This document shows positions 26,452 through 39,960 of a stretch of 64,000 bases of DNA, piece after piece. The notes under the pieces are model-generated. The model was not told the origin of the DNA and ran no database searches. It saw only the letters and a program-made list of their open reading frames with translations. Made by a program: the position numbers and the translations under genes. Numbering within the stretch: position 1 is the stretch's first letter; every line of letters starts with the position of its first letter. Source of the stretch: Eledone cirrhosa. Taxonomy: Eukaryota. Location of the stretch: NCBI GenBank assembly GCA_964016885.1, contig OZ024741.1, forward strand, positions 154,690,001 to 154,754,000, written 5' to 3'.

Positions 26452-26930
26452 CATCATCATCATCATCATCATCAACGTTTAACGTCCGTGTTCCACGCTT
26501 GCATGGGTTTGGACGGGGGTAGTCCCACTTGAGGCAAGAGTGATTGTCTTGCTCGCATAGGACTGTCTGGCAGGTTTTCTACAGTTGGATGCCCTTCCTA
26601 ACACCAACCACATTTACAGTGTGGGTCTGGGAGGTTTTTACCGTGTTGCCTACACGGCCACATTACAGCGTGGACTGTGTGTTTTTTTGTCGTGACACCT
26701 ACACGATCTCATTTGTTTCGGCCCGGATGGCGCGGCACCAACATAACTTTACATAGGACGGGGTGGTGTGGATGGGGTGGGGGTGGTGGTGGTGGGACGG
26801 GGTGTATTTTGTTAGAGATGCCTACTGGCAAGGCGGGTCTTCTCTGTTACTGAGTACCGCCAAAGGTCTCGGTCCAGTGACATTGTCTTGGAGAGGTGTA
26901 AGTGTGTGAGGTCGGAGTTTATCAGCTCGT
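26452..26930 (-). mobile_element. RTE 3' end, near-identical to 10861-11335
   Basis: Direct sequence match including the 3' UTR and tail. Confidence 0.92.
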
Positions 26931-27149
26931 CGTTTGTTAATAAATAAATAAAACGTTTTACCCTCCCATTTCCAATTCACCGAACGCTGCTATCATGACT
27001 GCATGTGTGTGTTTGTGTAAATGTATGTGTGTGAATGTGTGTTTGTGTTAATGTGTATGTGTATTTATCTGAATGTATGTCCGTGAGCTTGTATTTTTAT
27101 AAGTTTGTGTTTGTGCGATTATAGTTATATACTCATAATAGTTATTCTA

Positions 27150-28570
27150 TCACAAACATTTATTTACAATAGTTTATAACTTTGCCTATTAATCCGTATG
27201 GTGAGCAAATGGGGTCCCACGTGCTGGCCTCCCCACAGCCCCAAAGGCGTTTTCCTGGAGGATGGTAAGGGAGGTGCGCTGGAAGAGCCATTCCAACTCG
27301 CGAGGCTCACACCTGCGGCTGGCTAGCTCAGCACCTATGGTGGTGAATAGGGAGGTAGCTCTGGGGTCAAGGATACCAGAAGTCTCCACTGCCAAGGGCA
27401 TGATCGCGAACCAGTTGGAGAGCGACCGGTACTTGGAGAGTTTGGCCTCCTCAGCCCGATGTGCCGCAGTACCTGGGTTAGTTGCAGACTGCACCAGGTT
27501 GCAGCTGGAGAAAGTGTCACTGCAAGTGGCATCCCAGACGAGGGGTTTGCCACTGCAGAATGGGAAGATGGTCATACCGTCTGGCCTTTTGCCATCCCCT
27601 CGGTCCAGCCCCACCAGCTCGAGCTAGGAAGGGAAGCCCGCAGCGTCCAAGCCATGTTTAATGACCTCATTGAGGGCAGCATGGCGTGGAAGGTGGCCAG
27701 CACTGTGGCGACAGGAAAGCGGGTGTAGTCCGAAAGAGTCCATGGTGGATCCACAGCAACATTTATATGGCTCGCAGATCTGGAGGCCAAGCCTCAAGGA
27801 AATGCCGATGAGCAGTCTATCGTTATCCAGCTGTGTGCCAGTGGAGAAGGAGGGCAAGACATGGAGCCAGGCACCACTGTGGGGTTTGGAGGCCGCACGA
27901 AAACAGGCAAGGTGGTGCTGGTTGAGCTGACATGTGAGCCTGTCTGAGGCCAGGCTGCACTGGATGGCATCCCATATGCTTTGGGAGTACTTGACGTCAA
28001 CAGGGGGAGAAGGAGGAGGGATGTCTACTGGGCTAAGTCCCAGCCTGTCGCACATCTCACAGGCAACCTCATGTTCCCTGAACACAGAGGGTTTTATTGG
28101 GTTTTGGAGAACCCTGCTGACGAGGACGTGGCATGAGGTTACCGATGAAAGAAACGCCGACAAAGCTAGCGAGATCGGGGGCCAGAGGTCAAAGCTAGCG
28201 AGATCGGGGGCCAGAGGTCAAAGCTGCCAAATCTGACAGGTAAAGTGGCCTGTTGCCATCTGATGTTATCAAATCTGACGTTGCACATCTCCTCAGATGC
28301 CGCTTGGCAGCGAGAAGAGATGCGTGGCTGTAGCAAGGAACGCTGCGAAGGGTGTAGAGGAGCTTCAGCATGGCGAAGCAGTTCCTCAACAGGAAGAGAG
28401 CTGGGTGGCCATCGATCAAGCCCAGTTGGCTTGTGAGGGTCTGGAGTTGTTGAAGCCTAGACCTGATGATGGAGCGGATGGCTGGCGCGTGGATCGGTGA
28501 CCCGAGGATGAGGACATCCTTTTTGGGAGTCACCTGTACTTGGTGGAGAATGTACCGCACATCCAAGATG
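27150..28570 (-). mobile_element. CRE-clade non-LTR retrotransposon 3' half (frameshifted)
   Basis: ILGSPI, LLRNCFAMLKLLYTLR, SGAWL, CCHC-like CCCG..HPLSC, RHAALN, DGKRPDG...WDATCSDT RLE domain. Confidence 0.9.
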
Positions 28571-28689
28571 TATGTATGTGCACAATCATATGCGTCAGCA
28601 TGTAGAAAATCATAATCACTCTATCTCTCTCATCACAAACTCTCTCTTTCTATATATATGGTAGTTGAAGTGGTGGTGGTGGCGATGAT

Positions 28690-28894
28690 ATACCGGAAGT
28701 GTAGAAATTTGAATCTTTGAAAAGAAGTCAATTTTAAATTATTATATTTACGAAATTTAGTTACAAAATTTAGTACATAAATTATGTAATATTCATTCAT
28801 TATTTATTCAAAGTAATCCAACTTATTTTACTAACTGGATTAAAAGAAATAAATTGTAAGCAGTCCCGCACTTCTTACTTTATTATAGTTTAGA
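28690..28894 (-). mobile_element. Helitron 5' fragment (same family as 25700)
   Basis: A|TCTAAACTATAATAAAG start on the minus strand; similar to 25990-26404. Confidence 0.75.
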
Positions 28895-29281
28895 TTTCTG
28901 ATAGATGAGAGGTTGGAAATTTTTATATTTTTGACTAAATTTTTGACAGGATCTAACATATATGTAGAATAATCTGTCATTTGATTTTCTAAAGGATTTG
29001 TATGCATTATTCTTTAAGTCTAGAGTGACAGCTAAAATTTTACAGTGGTTAGGTTAGTGTGAATAGAGTTTTTTTTTATATCAAAGGATTTAAAGATTTG
29101 TATAATGTCTTTTTCATCTGTCTTGTGTGCCTGTTTGTATTATTGACAATTGCTAGGGTATTAACAGTGGTTATGTATTCTATTAAGACATTACATAACT
29201 TATTCCGTAATACATCAATGAGAGCTAAAGTATAGCTACTTCTCAAATCAAGTGAAGCAATTTCCAACCAGTGGCAACATG

Positions 29282-29353
29282 TGACGTCAGGGGGGGGGGG
29301 GGGGAGTTGTATAGCTAACTGTTGCAAGGAAATGGTGTGGCGGGAAATTCAAA
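29282..29353. promoter_or_regulatory. Candidate regulatory cluster: CRE palindrome plus E2F/CHR-like composite
   Basis: TGACGTCA at 29282; GGCGGGAAATTCAAA at 29339; motif match only. Confidence 0.3.
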
Positions 29354-29519
29354 TATTGAATTCTTAGCTATAAGCTCTCAACCACTGAAATAAGTAAATA
29401 CAGACTGAACTGACTTACAAAGAAATGTAGACTGAACTGACTTACAAAGAAATGTAGACTGAACTGAATAAAAAAAAAAAAACGTTCTGCTTACATTTTT
29501 GTTTGAACCTGTTGAGTGG

Positions 29520-30088
29520 GAAATGAACTGTAAAGTGGGCGTGTAGGCGCCACAGCAAAAAAGCACCCAGCACTCACTGTAAATGAGGTTGGTGTTAGGA
29601 AGGGCATCCAGCTGTAGAAATCAAGCCAGAACCAGTTCCCGTCCCACCCTTGCAAGCAGGGAAAAAGCGGACGTAAAATGAAATGATGGTGAATGATGAT
29701 ACATATATTTGTAAATGAAGCTATTGGAAGAAAGATCTGAATAGCCTCAGTCGATCCACTATTCACTCAGTGAGGTTCAAGACTTGAACATAAGAATGTG
29801 TAATACCTATAACTCAAAGTGCACACATACATTAATTACATACATACATATATATATATATAGGTGGTCGTGTAGGAGACACGGTAAAAAGACTCCCAGT
29901 CAACACTGTAAATGTGGTTGGTGTTTGGAAGGGCATCCAGCCGTAGAAAACCTGCCAGCAGATACAGTTCTATATGAGTGAGACACGGTCACCCAACCAA
30001 TCTTGCCTCAAGTGGGACAATTCCTGTCTAACCCATACTAGCGTGGAAGATAGATGTTAAACAATGATGATGATGATGATGATGATGA
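29520..30088 (+). mobile_element. Two bipartite RTE-derived elements (about 29520-29700 and 29865-30088)
   Basis: ggttggtgttaggaagggcatccagc motif joined to RTE tails ending (GAT)n. Confidence 0.8.
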
Positions 30089-31506
30089 TATATATATATA
30101 TGTGTGTGTGTCTAATGATCCTGTAACACAGGAAAAACTCCAGCTTTTAACACATACACTTTTTTTTTTATTAAAATGAAAAAATAAAAGGCATGGCATG
30201 TGAACAATATATTTTGTGGGTTGGGTTATTGTAGTGAGTTGTGAGTGGTTATGTGTGTGAATTTAGCTGCTATTTCTAACTGATTTCTACCAGTTACCAT
30301 CTCTGATTTAAAGTAGATTTTGCTGTTATTTCTATCAATTACCATATTCAACTGTATGTTTATCTTTATTCAGCAATGGTAGTAATTTTTTCATTTAAAA
30401 TATTTATAATACAAAGATATCTTAGAAAACAGAAAACTCCGCTGACCACTTCTTTTTCTGTGAATGAGTGTACGTGTAGTATTTATCTGAATGTTTGCAT
30501 GTTTTTATGTATGTGTGGCATATTTATGAATATGTATGTGTGTATGTGTTTGTGTTTATGCTTATGAGTGTTATGTTTGTCTGTGTGTGTATCTATGTTT
30601 TTGTGTGTCTATGTTTGTGTGCTAGTGTATGTGTATGTATGTGTGTATGTTTGTGTGTGACTTGAATAATTTACAAGTTAGTTTCTTTTCATTTTCGTCT
30701 AGCTTCAGTTTTTTCTTTATTTACATATTTAAATATTTGTTTCTGTTGATTATCTCCCCTTCCTTACACCTATCTCTAGAAGACCTCACTGTAGATGTCC
30801 TTCCTGTACTAATCTACAATGACAATGTTTTTTCCTATTACATAATGCCAAACTGAACACTGCTAGATAAGCCATCATCATCAACATCACCACCAACCAC
30901 CATCACCACCATTGCCATCATTATATATCAAAATCCTCCCAAATCCTCGATTATTTTCAAAATTAATTGAAAACTACAGGCAGTGTCTTTTATTAGAAAT
31001 AAGCTAATGGAAAGGATTAAAATGTTTATATTTATCTAAAAACCTTCCACTGTTGCAAACAAAAGCCTAATAATTATTAGAGAAAGTTAGTTGTATTACT
31101 AAATACCTCCGAATTCTTGATCATTAAAAAAAGAATGAATTGCAAACTATATGCAATGTCATTTATTGTTGTTATTGGGCAGTACAGGGTGGTGGATTGG
31201 CAGTATTGGGCAACATGCTTTGTGGCATATAGCTACAGCCCTTTAGTTTCTGAGTTCAAATCCCGCCAAGGTTTTTTTTTGTAAGTGTTCCATCCGTATT
31301 GCAATCTCTATTTGTTTGATGTATTTCTCAAGATCTTTACTCATGTTACCAAGACTCCAACTATTATTGGTATTACCACCATCTTTTTCACTGACCACAA
31401 CTGCTTGACCTCCCAAGCTAACCTGTCATATCTATCAATTTTTTTCCTTCTTAATGACATAGCTTGTTATTAGCTGGACAGGCTATATCTATTATTATTA
31501 TTATTA

Positions 31507-33487
31507 GGGTGTAAACCTGGCTTCGGTGGGGCACTGATCAATTTAGATCAATTGAAAGCATTCGATAGGGTCGACCATCGGTATCTGGAGTTTGTCCTCA
31601 AAGCAGCTGGCTTCGGCCCTGTCTTTAGAAGCTGGATCGTTGCAATGCACAGCGACACATGCTCGGTGGTCAAGGTTAATGGCCACCTCTCGGAACCATT
31701 TCGGCTCTCTCGATCGGTCCGTCAAGGGTGCCCTCTCTCTTCCCTTCTGTACGTATTGACTCTCGAGCCTTTACTGTGGAAGCTGGAGCTGTTGCAGGGC
31801 ATCCCGCTCGAACCGGGACGTGGAAAGGCGGTGTCGGCTTATGCGGACGACATCACTGTGATGGTGTCGAACACCTCAGAAATCGAGGTGGTCGGCACCT
31901 TATTGAAGGAATATGAAAGGTTGACAGGAGCCAAACTTAACCCGGAAAAGTCGGTGGGCTTGCAGCTCAGAACCTGGAGAGGCAAGCCCATGCCATCCAA
32001 CAGCGTCGTGGGGCGCTGGACGGAAGGACCGGTAAAGTTGCTCGGGGTTTGGTTCGGACCAGAGCTCCAGGTGGAAAAGAATTGGGATGAGGTAACGAGC
32101 AGAGTAGCCAGTCTCACCCAAAAATGGGCTGGGAGGAAGCTATCACTGAAAGGTCGCTCGGAGCTGGCGAATGCGTACATCGCGTCCGTCATCTACTACC
32201 GCCTGACCGTCGTGCCTTGTCCCCGTCCGCGCCTCATCAAGCTGGAACGGCTCCTCTTCAAATTCTTGTGGAGGGAACAAGTTCCGTTGGTGAGGCGGTC
32301 CATCTGCTGCCAGCACCCTCTATGCGGAGGGCTGGGCATGCCGTGGCTAATGATGCGCAGACATGCGTTGAGGCTGCGACATCTCCAGATATTCTGCCTC
32401 AACGGTGAACAGGTGTGGTCGCCGTTTATCAGACGGGCCTTTCCGCAGCTTATTTCTTTGACTGAGCTGCAGTCCTGGGTCAAGAAGAGACCGAGACTGG
32501 GTGACTGGCACCTGGAATGTTTCCAGGCACTCACTGCCCTCTACCAAGCGGGCAATGCGATCAGTGGAACTTCCACTCTCGAGTTCTATAGAGGATTAGT
32601 GGTGGGCAAGTGCGATGACGCACTCGGAGAAGCTTTGGGCCTTGACGAAGTCGAACTGACCAGTCTGTACCGGAGGACTTTTGAGCCGGGGACGATGGAC
32701 AATTTTCAGAAATCCCTCGCTTGGCAGTGCAACTGGGGGGCACTGCCAGTTCGGGATAAACTCTACAGGCACGGAAGGACTGTCAGATGGACCTGCCCAA
32801 GATGCGCACAGAACGACGAAACCGTTCTGCACGCACTTGTCCAATGTCCATGCATTACTGACTTGTGGAGTTATGTCCAACAGCTACTGTCGCGTGTGGA
32901 ACGGATCCGGCTATCGGCCGAGTCCATAGTGAAGATCGATCCACCGCCTTCCTTAGGTCAGGAAGAGCAGGAAATTTTCCTCTGTCTGGTGGCAGTTGCG
33001 AAAGAGATTATATGGTGGACCAGGTTGAAAGGACTAAAGACAGACACTTTTCTCTTCGGCCAATCCCTCATCAACTTCTTCAAGTTTCACCTGGAAAGGA
33101 AGGTGAGGGTGGAGAGAGAAGTGCTGCCCCCCAGTACATTTGCTAAAAGGTGGGTGAATGTGGCGAGAATGGCTCGTGTGAATGGGCCTACTCTGACCAT
33201 GCGCCTATAGGCTGGCTAACTTGAGGAGAGGGGTGCTCTCCCTGAGTGCCCTAGAAGCGCAGGGTGGTTCAGGATTGGTGGGGTACCTGAAGCACCCCAG
33301 GGTCGTACACCCCCTATCGGGGAATTTATTTTGTTATATTTATGCATAGTTTATTTTATATTTTTATATTTTCATTGTTAAATTAGTCTTGCCATTGTGC
33401 ACTTTTACTCCACCTTATTGTAAACTCCCACTGTCCCTGTCTTTGTATTGTCCCCTACATGTTGGCCCTGGTGGGTAATAAATGAAA

Positions 33488-33490
<3 letters not shown>
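31507..33490 (+). mobile_element. L1/Tx1-clade LINE, 5'-truncated, with an uninterrupted 552-aa RT + zf-RVT ORF
   Basis: KAFDRVDH, SVRQGCPLS, AYADD, GGLG, CPRC...HALVQC; flanked on both sides by (ATT)n. Confidence 0.95.
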
Positions 33491-33522
<32 letters not shown>

Positions 33523-33524
33523 AG

Positions 33525-34105
33525 GGTTGTGGATTGGCAGTAGTAGTAAAGGGTCGGACGCCATGCTTTGCAGCATAGAGTTACGGTCCTTTACTGTCTG
33601 AGTTCAAATCTTGCCGAGGTTAACTTTGCCTTTCATTCTTACGGGGTCGATAAAATAAAGCACCATTAATGCACTGGGGTCGATTTAATCAACTTTCCCT
33701 TCCCCAAATTGCTGGCCTTGTGCCTAAAATAGGCTTTTTTGTGGACTTTTTTCTTGACTGACTCTCAGAAGTCTACTTCTATTTGGAAATTATCTTTGTT
33801 TTAATCAATTTGGAAAGTATCTATGTTTTAATGTTTGTGGTTTCTGTTATCACATGTAAAAAACTGCATTGCATCATCATGTTCTGTCCTTAATGTTTTC
33901 TTCATGTCAGCCCTTTGTGGTTAGGATTGGCAGTATCAGTAAAGAGTCGGACGCCATGCTTTGACGCATAGAGTTACGGCCCTTGCCATTCTGAGTTCAA
34001 ATCCCGCTGAGGTTAACTTTGCCTTTCATCCTTACGGGGTCGATAAAATAAAGTACCAGTAATGCACTGGGTATTTGCTGGCCTTGTGCCAAAAGTAGAA
34101 ACAAT
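33525..34105 (+). mobile_element. Two MetaSINE-type copies separated by a Tx1-like 3'-UTR fragment
   Basis: SINE consensus at about 33525-33730 and 33922-34105. Confidence 0.85.
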
Positions 34106-34379
34106 TATTATTATTATAATTATTAACGATCAGAGCATTATGGGGTTTTTTCCATGAATGACCCTCGAACGTCTCCTCCCTGTTGAGGAACCTTCTTCCT
34201 TTTAATTTTATTATTATCTTTTTTTTAAACATTGTTAAAATTTATTTACATGCAAAACCCACACACAAACACACATTCACACACTCTGGTTCATCCTGTA
34301 TTGTCATAATGTTTCTTTCGATGTAGACCCTTTGTGATTAATAAAGAAATCATTATTGTTGTTGTTATTATTCTACACT

Positions 34380-35929
34380 AAGAGACTACGAAGTGGTGAC
34401 AGAAGCAATGATCAACCAGGAAAAGTCGGTGGGCCTGCAGCTCGGCACCTGGAAAGGCAGGTCCATGCCATCCAACGGCGTTGTCGGGCGCTGGATGGAC
34501 GGACCAGTTAAATTGCTAGGGGTCTGGTTCGGTGCAGACCTCCAGATGGACAAAAACTGGGACGAGGTGACGAGCAGGGTGGCTTCTCTCACCCAGAAAT
34601 GGGTGGAGAGGAAGCTATCCCTGAAAGGTCGAGCGAAGGTGGCTAACGCGTACATCGCGTCCGTCATCTACTACCGCCTGACTGTCGTGCCTTGTCCTAA
34701 GCCCCGCCTGACTGCGCTGGAGCATTTGCTCTTTTGCTTTTTGTGAAAGGGACGTGCTCCGATGGTCAGGCGGTCCATCTGCTGTCAACACCCGCTACGT
34801 GGAGGGCTGGGCATGCCGTGGCTAATGATGCGCAGACACGCGCTCAGGCTACATCTCCACCTCTTCTTCAACGGTGATCAGGTGTGGTCACCGTTTGATA
34901 GACGCGTCTTTCTTCAGCTCATCTCCTTGACGGAACTGCAGTCCTGGGTCAAGCGAAGACCGAGAGGGAGCGCTTGGAGGCTGGAATGTCTTCAGGCGCT
35001 CACAGTCCTCGACCAATCGGGCAATGTGATCGGTGGAAACTCCACCTTGGCGTTCTATAGAGGATTAGTGGAGGAGAAGAGTGACGATGTACTTGGGGAA
35101 ACTCTAGGCGTCGACGAAAATCAACTAGCCAATCTGTTTGGAAAAACTTTCGGGCCGGGGCTTATGGACAACTTCCAGAAATCCCTGGCCTGGCAGTGCT
35201 ACCGAGGAGCTTTGCCAGTTCGGGATAAACTCTACAGGCATGGAGGTGCCGTCAGCCGGGCATGTCCGAGATGCGCGCAGGGCGACAAAACCATCCTGCA
35301 TGCACTCGTCCAGTGTCCAAGCATTGCTGACTTGTGGGTTTATGTCGAACACCTGCTGTCGCATGTAGAACGGATCCGACTATCAGCTGAGTCCATCGTG
35401 AGGATTGCCCCGCCCTCTCCCTTTAGCCGGGAAGAGCAGGCAGTTTTTATCTGTCTGGTGGCCATGGCGAAAGAGATAGTATGGTGGACACGTCTGAAAG
35501 GGCTGAAGACGAGCACTTACCTCTTCGGTGATGCCCTGATTAACTTTTACCAATTTCATTTGAAAAGGAAAATCAGGGTAGAGAGGGAGGTGCTCTCTTC
35601 CCAGCTTTTTGTTGAAAGATGGGTGAGAGAGGCAATAATGGCCCGAGTGAATGGACCTACTCTGAGTATGTGTCTGTAAATTAAAGGTGGAAAACTGGGA
35701 GAGGGCACTTGCCTTGGTGGTCAGGGTCACTGTGGCCTTTTAATGGGCTTTCTCCACAAATGTCCCTCGGAAGTCTTCCCCCTATTGCGAAATTTTTCAT
35801 TGTTATTTTTTTGTTACATCCTCTGTTTTTGTTTTTTAGATGCAGAAATGTCCATTTGTACCGTCCTGTATTGTCCTGTACTGTCCTTAATGTCTACTTT
35901 ATGTAAACCCTTGTGGTTAATAAAGAAAG

Positions 35930-35930
<1 letters not shown>
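34380..35930 (+). mobile_element. Second L1/Tx1 LINE copy (nonsense codon at ~34744)
   Basis: ORFs 34393..34746 and 34762..35679 are homologous to 31552..33210; ends in (ATT)n. Confidence 0.95.
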
Positions 35931-35968
<38 letters not shown>

Positions 35969-37004
35969 ATATGTTTAGTTTTCCCTGTTTAAGCAAAAAA
36001 CATATTTAATCCATTTTACTTCTGTATTTTTTTTAATTATTAAAATTGTTCATAATCTTTGTAAATATTCTTTTGAAAAAATCTTCAGATGAACAAAAAG
36101 TAAAATAGACGACCGAAGTGGCAGTAGAAAGAGAAATAAATGATTATTCTTTATCAATTGGGAGAGAGGTTGGGGGAGGAAGATTATCTCTTCAATTGGA
36201 TTATGGGATTGGATGGTAAAAACATCGAGATTTGGTTCTGATTACAATAGGCTTGACTTTGAGAAAAAGAACAATATTTTAGTCTTATAAGTATTTAAAT
36301 ATTTTGTGTGTATGCATGTGTATATGTGCACGCATGTTTATATATGTGTGTGTGCATATATATATGTGTGTTTGTGAATGTGTGTATGCATACATGTTTA
36401 TATATGTGTGTATGAATATATGTGTGTATGTGTGCATATATATGTGTGTATGTGTGCATATATATGTGTGTGTGTGAGTGTTATATGTGCTGTGTATATG
36501 TACATGAACAACAACATCTTTGCATTTTATGTGTATGTGTATCCACATGAGCAACAATATTTTAGTATTTTCTGTATATCTTTTTTATGTGTGCATATGT
36601 GTATGCATCATGAAAGCTCTGTATTTTCTTTTTTGCAGCATTTATACATATGTGTGCATGTGCACGTATGTGTGCATATATGTGTGTGCATATATTAACT
36701 TGCATAGCAATATTTAATGTTTTTAGTATATTTTATGTAAGATATTAAGCAAACTTATTTTCTTACTTTTAATGTGTGTGTGTATATATATTTGCATGTA
36801 TGCATATATGTGTTGGGTGTAGCAACTTGATTTCAAATGTCTATATATAAATTGTGTGTGTGTCTGTGTACTATAGATATTAACCATTTCTAAAAAGATT
36901 ACATGCTTACACACACATATATATGTATCATCACCATGATCATCAAACACACATTAAACGATGATGATATCTATATATGTGTATATATGTATTCTCTTTA
37001 GCAA

Positions 37005-37440
37005 CAGTTGAATCTATTAAATGGCTGAGACATGAACACTTACACAGATCGAATGTACTCCTGCATGTTATAGGTGGTCCATAACATTGTTTGGAAGATC
37101 CACACATTGAATATATAACAGTAGGATAGTTAACTGAAAAAGTTGGCCCAGTAAAGATTGTGTTTGGCAGATCACTGTATGAGATATCCTGAAGAAATTG
37201 TCTCAAATCTAGAGCTACGGTAGCCAATATATGGACAAATAAACTGTGGAACATTGTTATTGGCAGATCACTGTATGAGACATCCTGAGGAAATGTCAAG
37301 TCTGGTGCTATGGCAGCTAATGCATGGACAAATAAACCAGTAGGAGACAAACGGCTAACATTATTGACATACTTCATACAGATACCAAACTGAAGACTAT
37401 ATCAGAAATGATAGAGCAGTGTGACATCTGTCATAAGTAT
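37005..37440 (+). mobile_element. RTE C-terminal fragment with an internal ~96-bp tandem duplication
   Basis: Plus frame LADHCMRHPEEMSSLVLWQLMHG; ttggcagatcactgtatgaga occurs twice. Confidence 0.7.
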
Positions 37441-37480
37441 GTTTCTCTAGTTCAATAGGAAAATTGTCTGAGAGAGTATT

Positions 37481-37521
<41 letters not shown>

Positions 37522-37914
37522 CCTGTGGGTACATAGACATATGCAAATATATGTGGTCTGTATTGTCTTTTAGGAAATACTACAGAAGTGGACTTTTGTT
37601 GGTTCTGATAACATGTGTTCCAGTTGTTTAATCAATGGAGCAGCTTGCTCAGAAAATGAACATCTAAGTGATTGAATATTCCACAGATATGTGTACCCAT
37701 AATATAATTATCAGGGAGATTCAGCATGACACAGTATATAACAGGGCCATCTCTTTGAATTACAGCTATAGTCCAACTTGAATTATTGTGTAAGTGAATG
37801 AATATTCCATAGATAGGTGTACTCTTAATGTATTTTCTCAGGGACATTAAGTCTGACACAGTGTGGGACACTCCCCTCTCTATCTCTTTCCCTCTCTCTA
37901 CACACACATAGATA

Positions 37915-38225
37915 TCGTCATCATCATCGTTTAAGATCTATTTTCCATGCTAGCATGGGTTAGACGGGTTTGTCTCATTAGAAGCAAGTTGGGTTGGGTA
38001 ACCATGTCTTGTTCTTATAGGACTGTTTCTGGCTGGTTTTCTATGGCTTGATGCTCTCCCTAATGCCAACCACATTTACAGTGTGTACTGGGTGCTTTTT
38101 GTTGTGACACCTACACAATCATTTTACTGGGTGGGCTAGATGTTTTGTGATGCCAACATAACTTTACAGAGTAAGGGTGGTGTGGGTGGAAGTGGGAGGG
38201 TGGTGTAGGGGGTGTATATTGGATT
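37915..38225 (-). mobile_element. Bipartite RTE-derived element
   Basis: Same tail and 5'-motif module as at 284-660. Confidence 0.75.
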
Positions 38226-38424
38226 ATCTCTATATATAAAACAAAGAATGTCTGTGTATCTGTTTCCCTAAAACTCGAGAACTACCCAACTTTACACATG
38301 TAATACTTATGGTCTTATTGAGTGTTCTGAGCAAAAACTTTTCAAATTTTCAATGCCCTAGGGACCGCATTAGGCGATTTAGCGATCTCTTTCTCTTAGT
38401 CTTTCTCTTTTTAGATATGTTTCT

Positions 38425-39300
38425 TTATTAGCCACAGGGGTACAAAAGAAGGGGACAAATACAAAGGGGGAAGTTTACATACAATAAAAACGTGTAAAAT
38501 ATTATCACAAATGTAATTTAAAAGTTAATCGATTTTCCCCAATAGGGGGAGACATTTCATATGGGTAACACATACCCCCGAAAAAAATGTGCAACCCTCA
38601 TCTCCAGGAGTACAAAGAGTTTGTACCGCTTTCTTCTCTTCCTCCTTTTCTTCAACCTACAGGCTGATATAGAGAGAAGGCCCATTCACTTGGGCCATTC
38701 TCGCCACTTTCACCCACCTTTCATAAAACTTGCTGGGGTACAGCACCTCTCTCTCCATCCTGATTCTTCTGCCAAAGTGGTATTTGAAAAAAAGAATCAG
38801 TTGTTGGCCGGAGAGAAAGGTGTCTGACCTCGTCCACCATACAACCTCTTTCGCCATAGCTATCACACAAAGGAAAACCGCCTCTCCTTCGTTTTTCAAG
38901 GAGGGTGGTGGTTTGATTATGACAATGGACTCGGTGGTCAACTGGATTGGTCCCACCCGTGACAATAGTCGTTCTACAGGTCGGTAACGCCCGGGCAGTG
39001 TACAAATGCGTGTGCGACGGTTTCCTCGTTGCGCACGCATCTCGGACAGATCTTCGAAGGGTCCCTGCCCAGGCGCCCATGTCTGTAGAGCTCCTTAGTA
39101 GCACTGCTAGGCCAGGGACTTTTGGAAGTTGTCCATCGGTCCCAGGTGGAAGGTTCTACCAAACAGACTGGCCAGTTCGTCTTCCTCTACGCCCAGAGTT
39201 TCTCCGAGCACGTCGTCGCACTTGCTGCGGACCAACCCTCTATAGAATAACGAAGTGGAGTCTCCACTGATCGCGTAGGCCGACGCCGCTTTCTGCAGTC
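38425..39300 (-). mobile_element. L1/Tx1 3' fragment
   Basis: CPRCVRNEETVAHAFVHC; AMAKEVVWWTR...VNGPSL homologous to the 31552 ORF. Confidence 0.9.
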
Positions 39301-39407
39301 CCGGTTCCAGAATCTGTCTGTATGCCTGGCTGTCTGCATTACAACATTATGACGTGATCAGTGTGTGTGTGTATATATGTATATATAGTGTGTGTGTATA
39401 TATATTC

Positions 39408-39960
39408 TTATGCCAGGGAACGTCTTCACGAACCAAAGTATTGTCTTCCTGTTTTCCTTCGGTTACAACGTTTTTCGAAATATTTACATCTGCGTTCACA
39501 GATTGATTTTTTTAGTTTCGTTGAAAGCAGCGATTCTTTGCTTGAACATTAATATGTTATTTTAATATAGATATTCGTGTACAGATATTTTTGCATACAC
39601 AAAAACAAAAAATAAACAAACAAGGCTGGCGATTACATAATCACATGCATCACTGACAGATATTTTTGCATACACAAAAACAAAATATAAACAAACAAGG
39701 CCAACGATTACATCAGTTAGTCTTAGTGTACTTCATACTGCTTTTAGGTAGACGATCCCGTTAAGGGTGAAAGCAGCGATTAATTTTCTGCGTTCACAGA
39801 TTGATTATTTTAGTTTCAGAAGATCCCGTTAAGTGTGAAAGCAGTGATTCTTTGCTTAAACTTTAATCTGTTACTTTAATATATATATACTGCATATATA
39901 TATATATAATTATATATTCGTGTACAGATATTTTTGCATACACAATAACAAAATATAAAC
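39408..39960 (+). repeat. Scrambled partial duplications of the 16205-16500 pseudo-LTR-like repeat
   Basis: tgaaagcagcgattctttgctt and acagatatttttgcatacacaa blocks each occur 2-3 times. Confidence 0.7.

Noticed and set aside
31839-33146. Alternative-frame and antisense ORFs over the Tx1, CRE and RTE elements
   Set aside because: Shadow ORFs of GC-richer retrotransposon coding sequence
36943-37377. 144-aa minus-strand ORF with an internal repeat
   Set aside because: Antisense to an RTE C-terminal fragment with a tandem duplication
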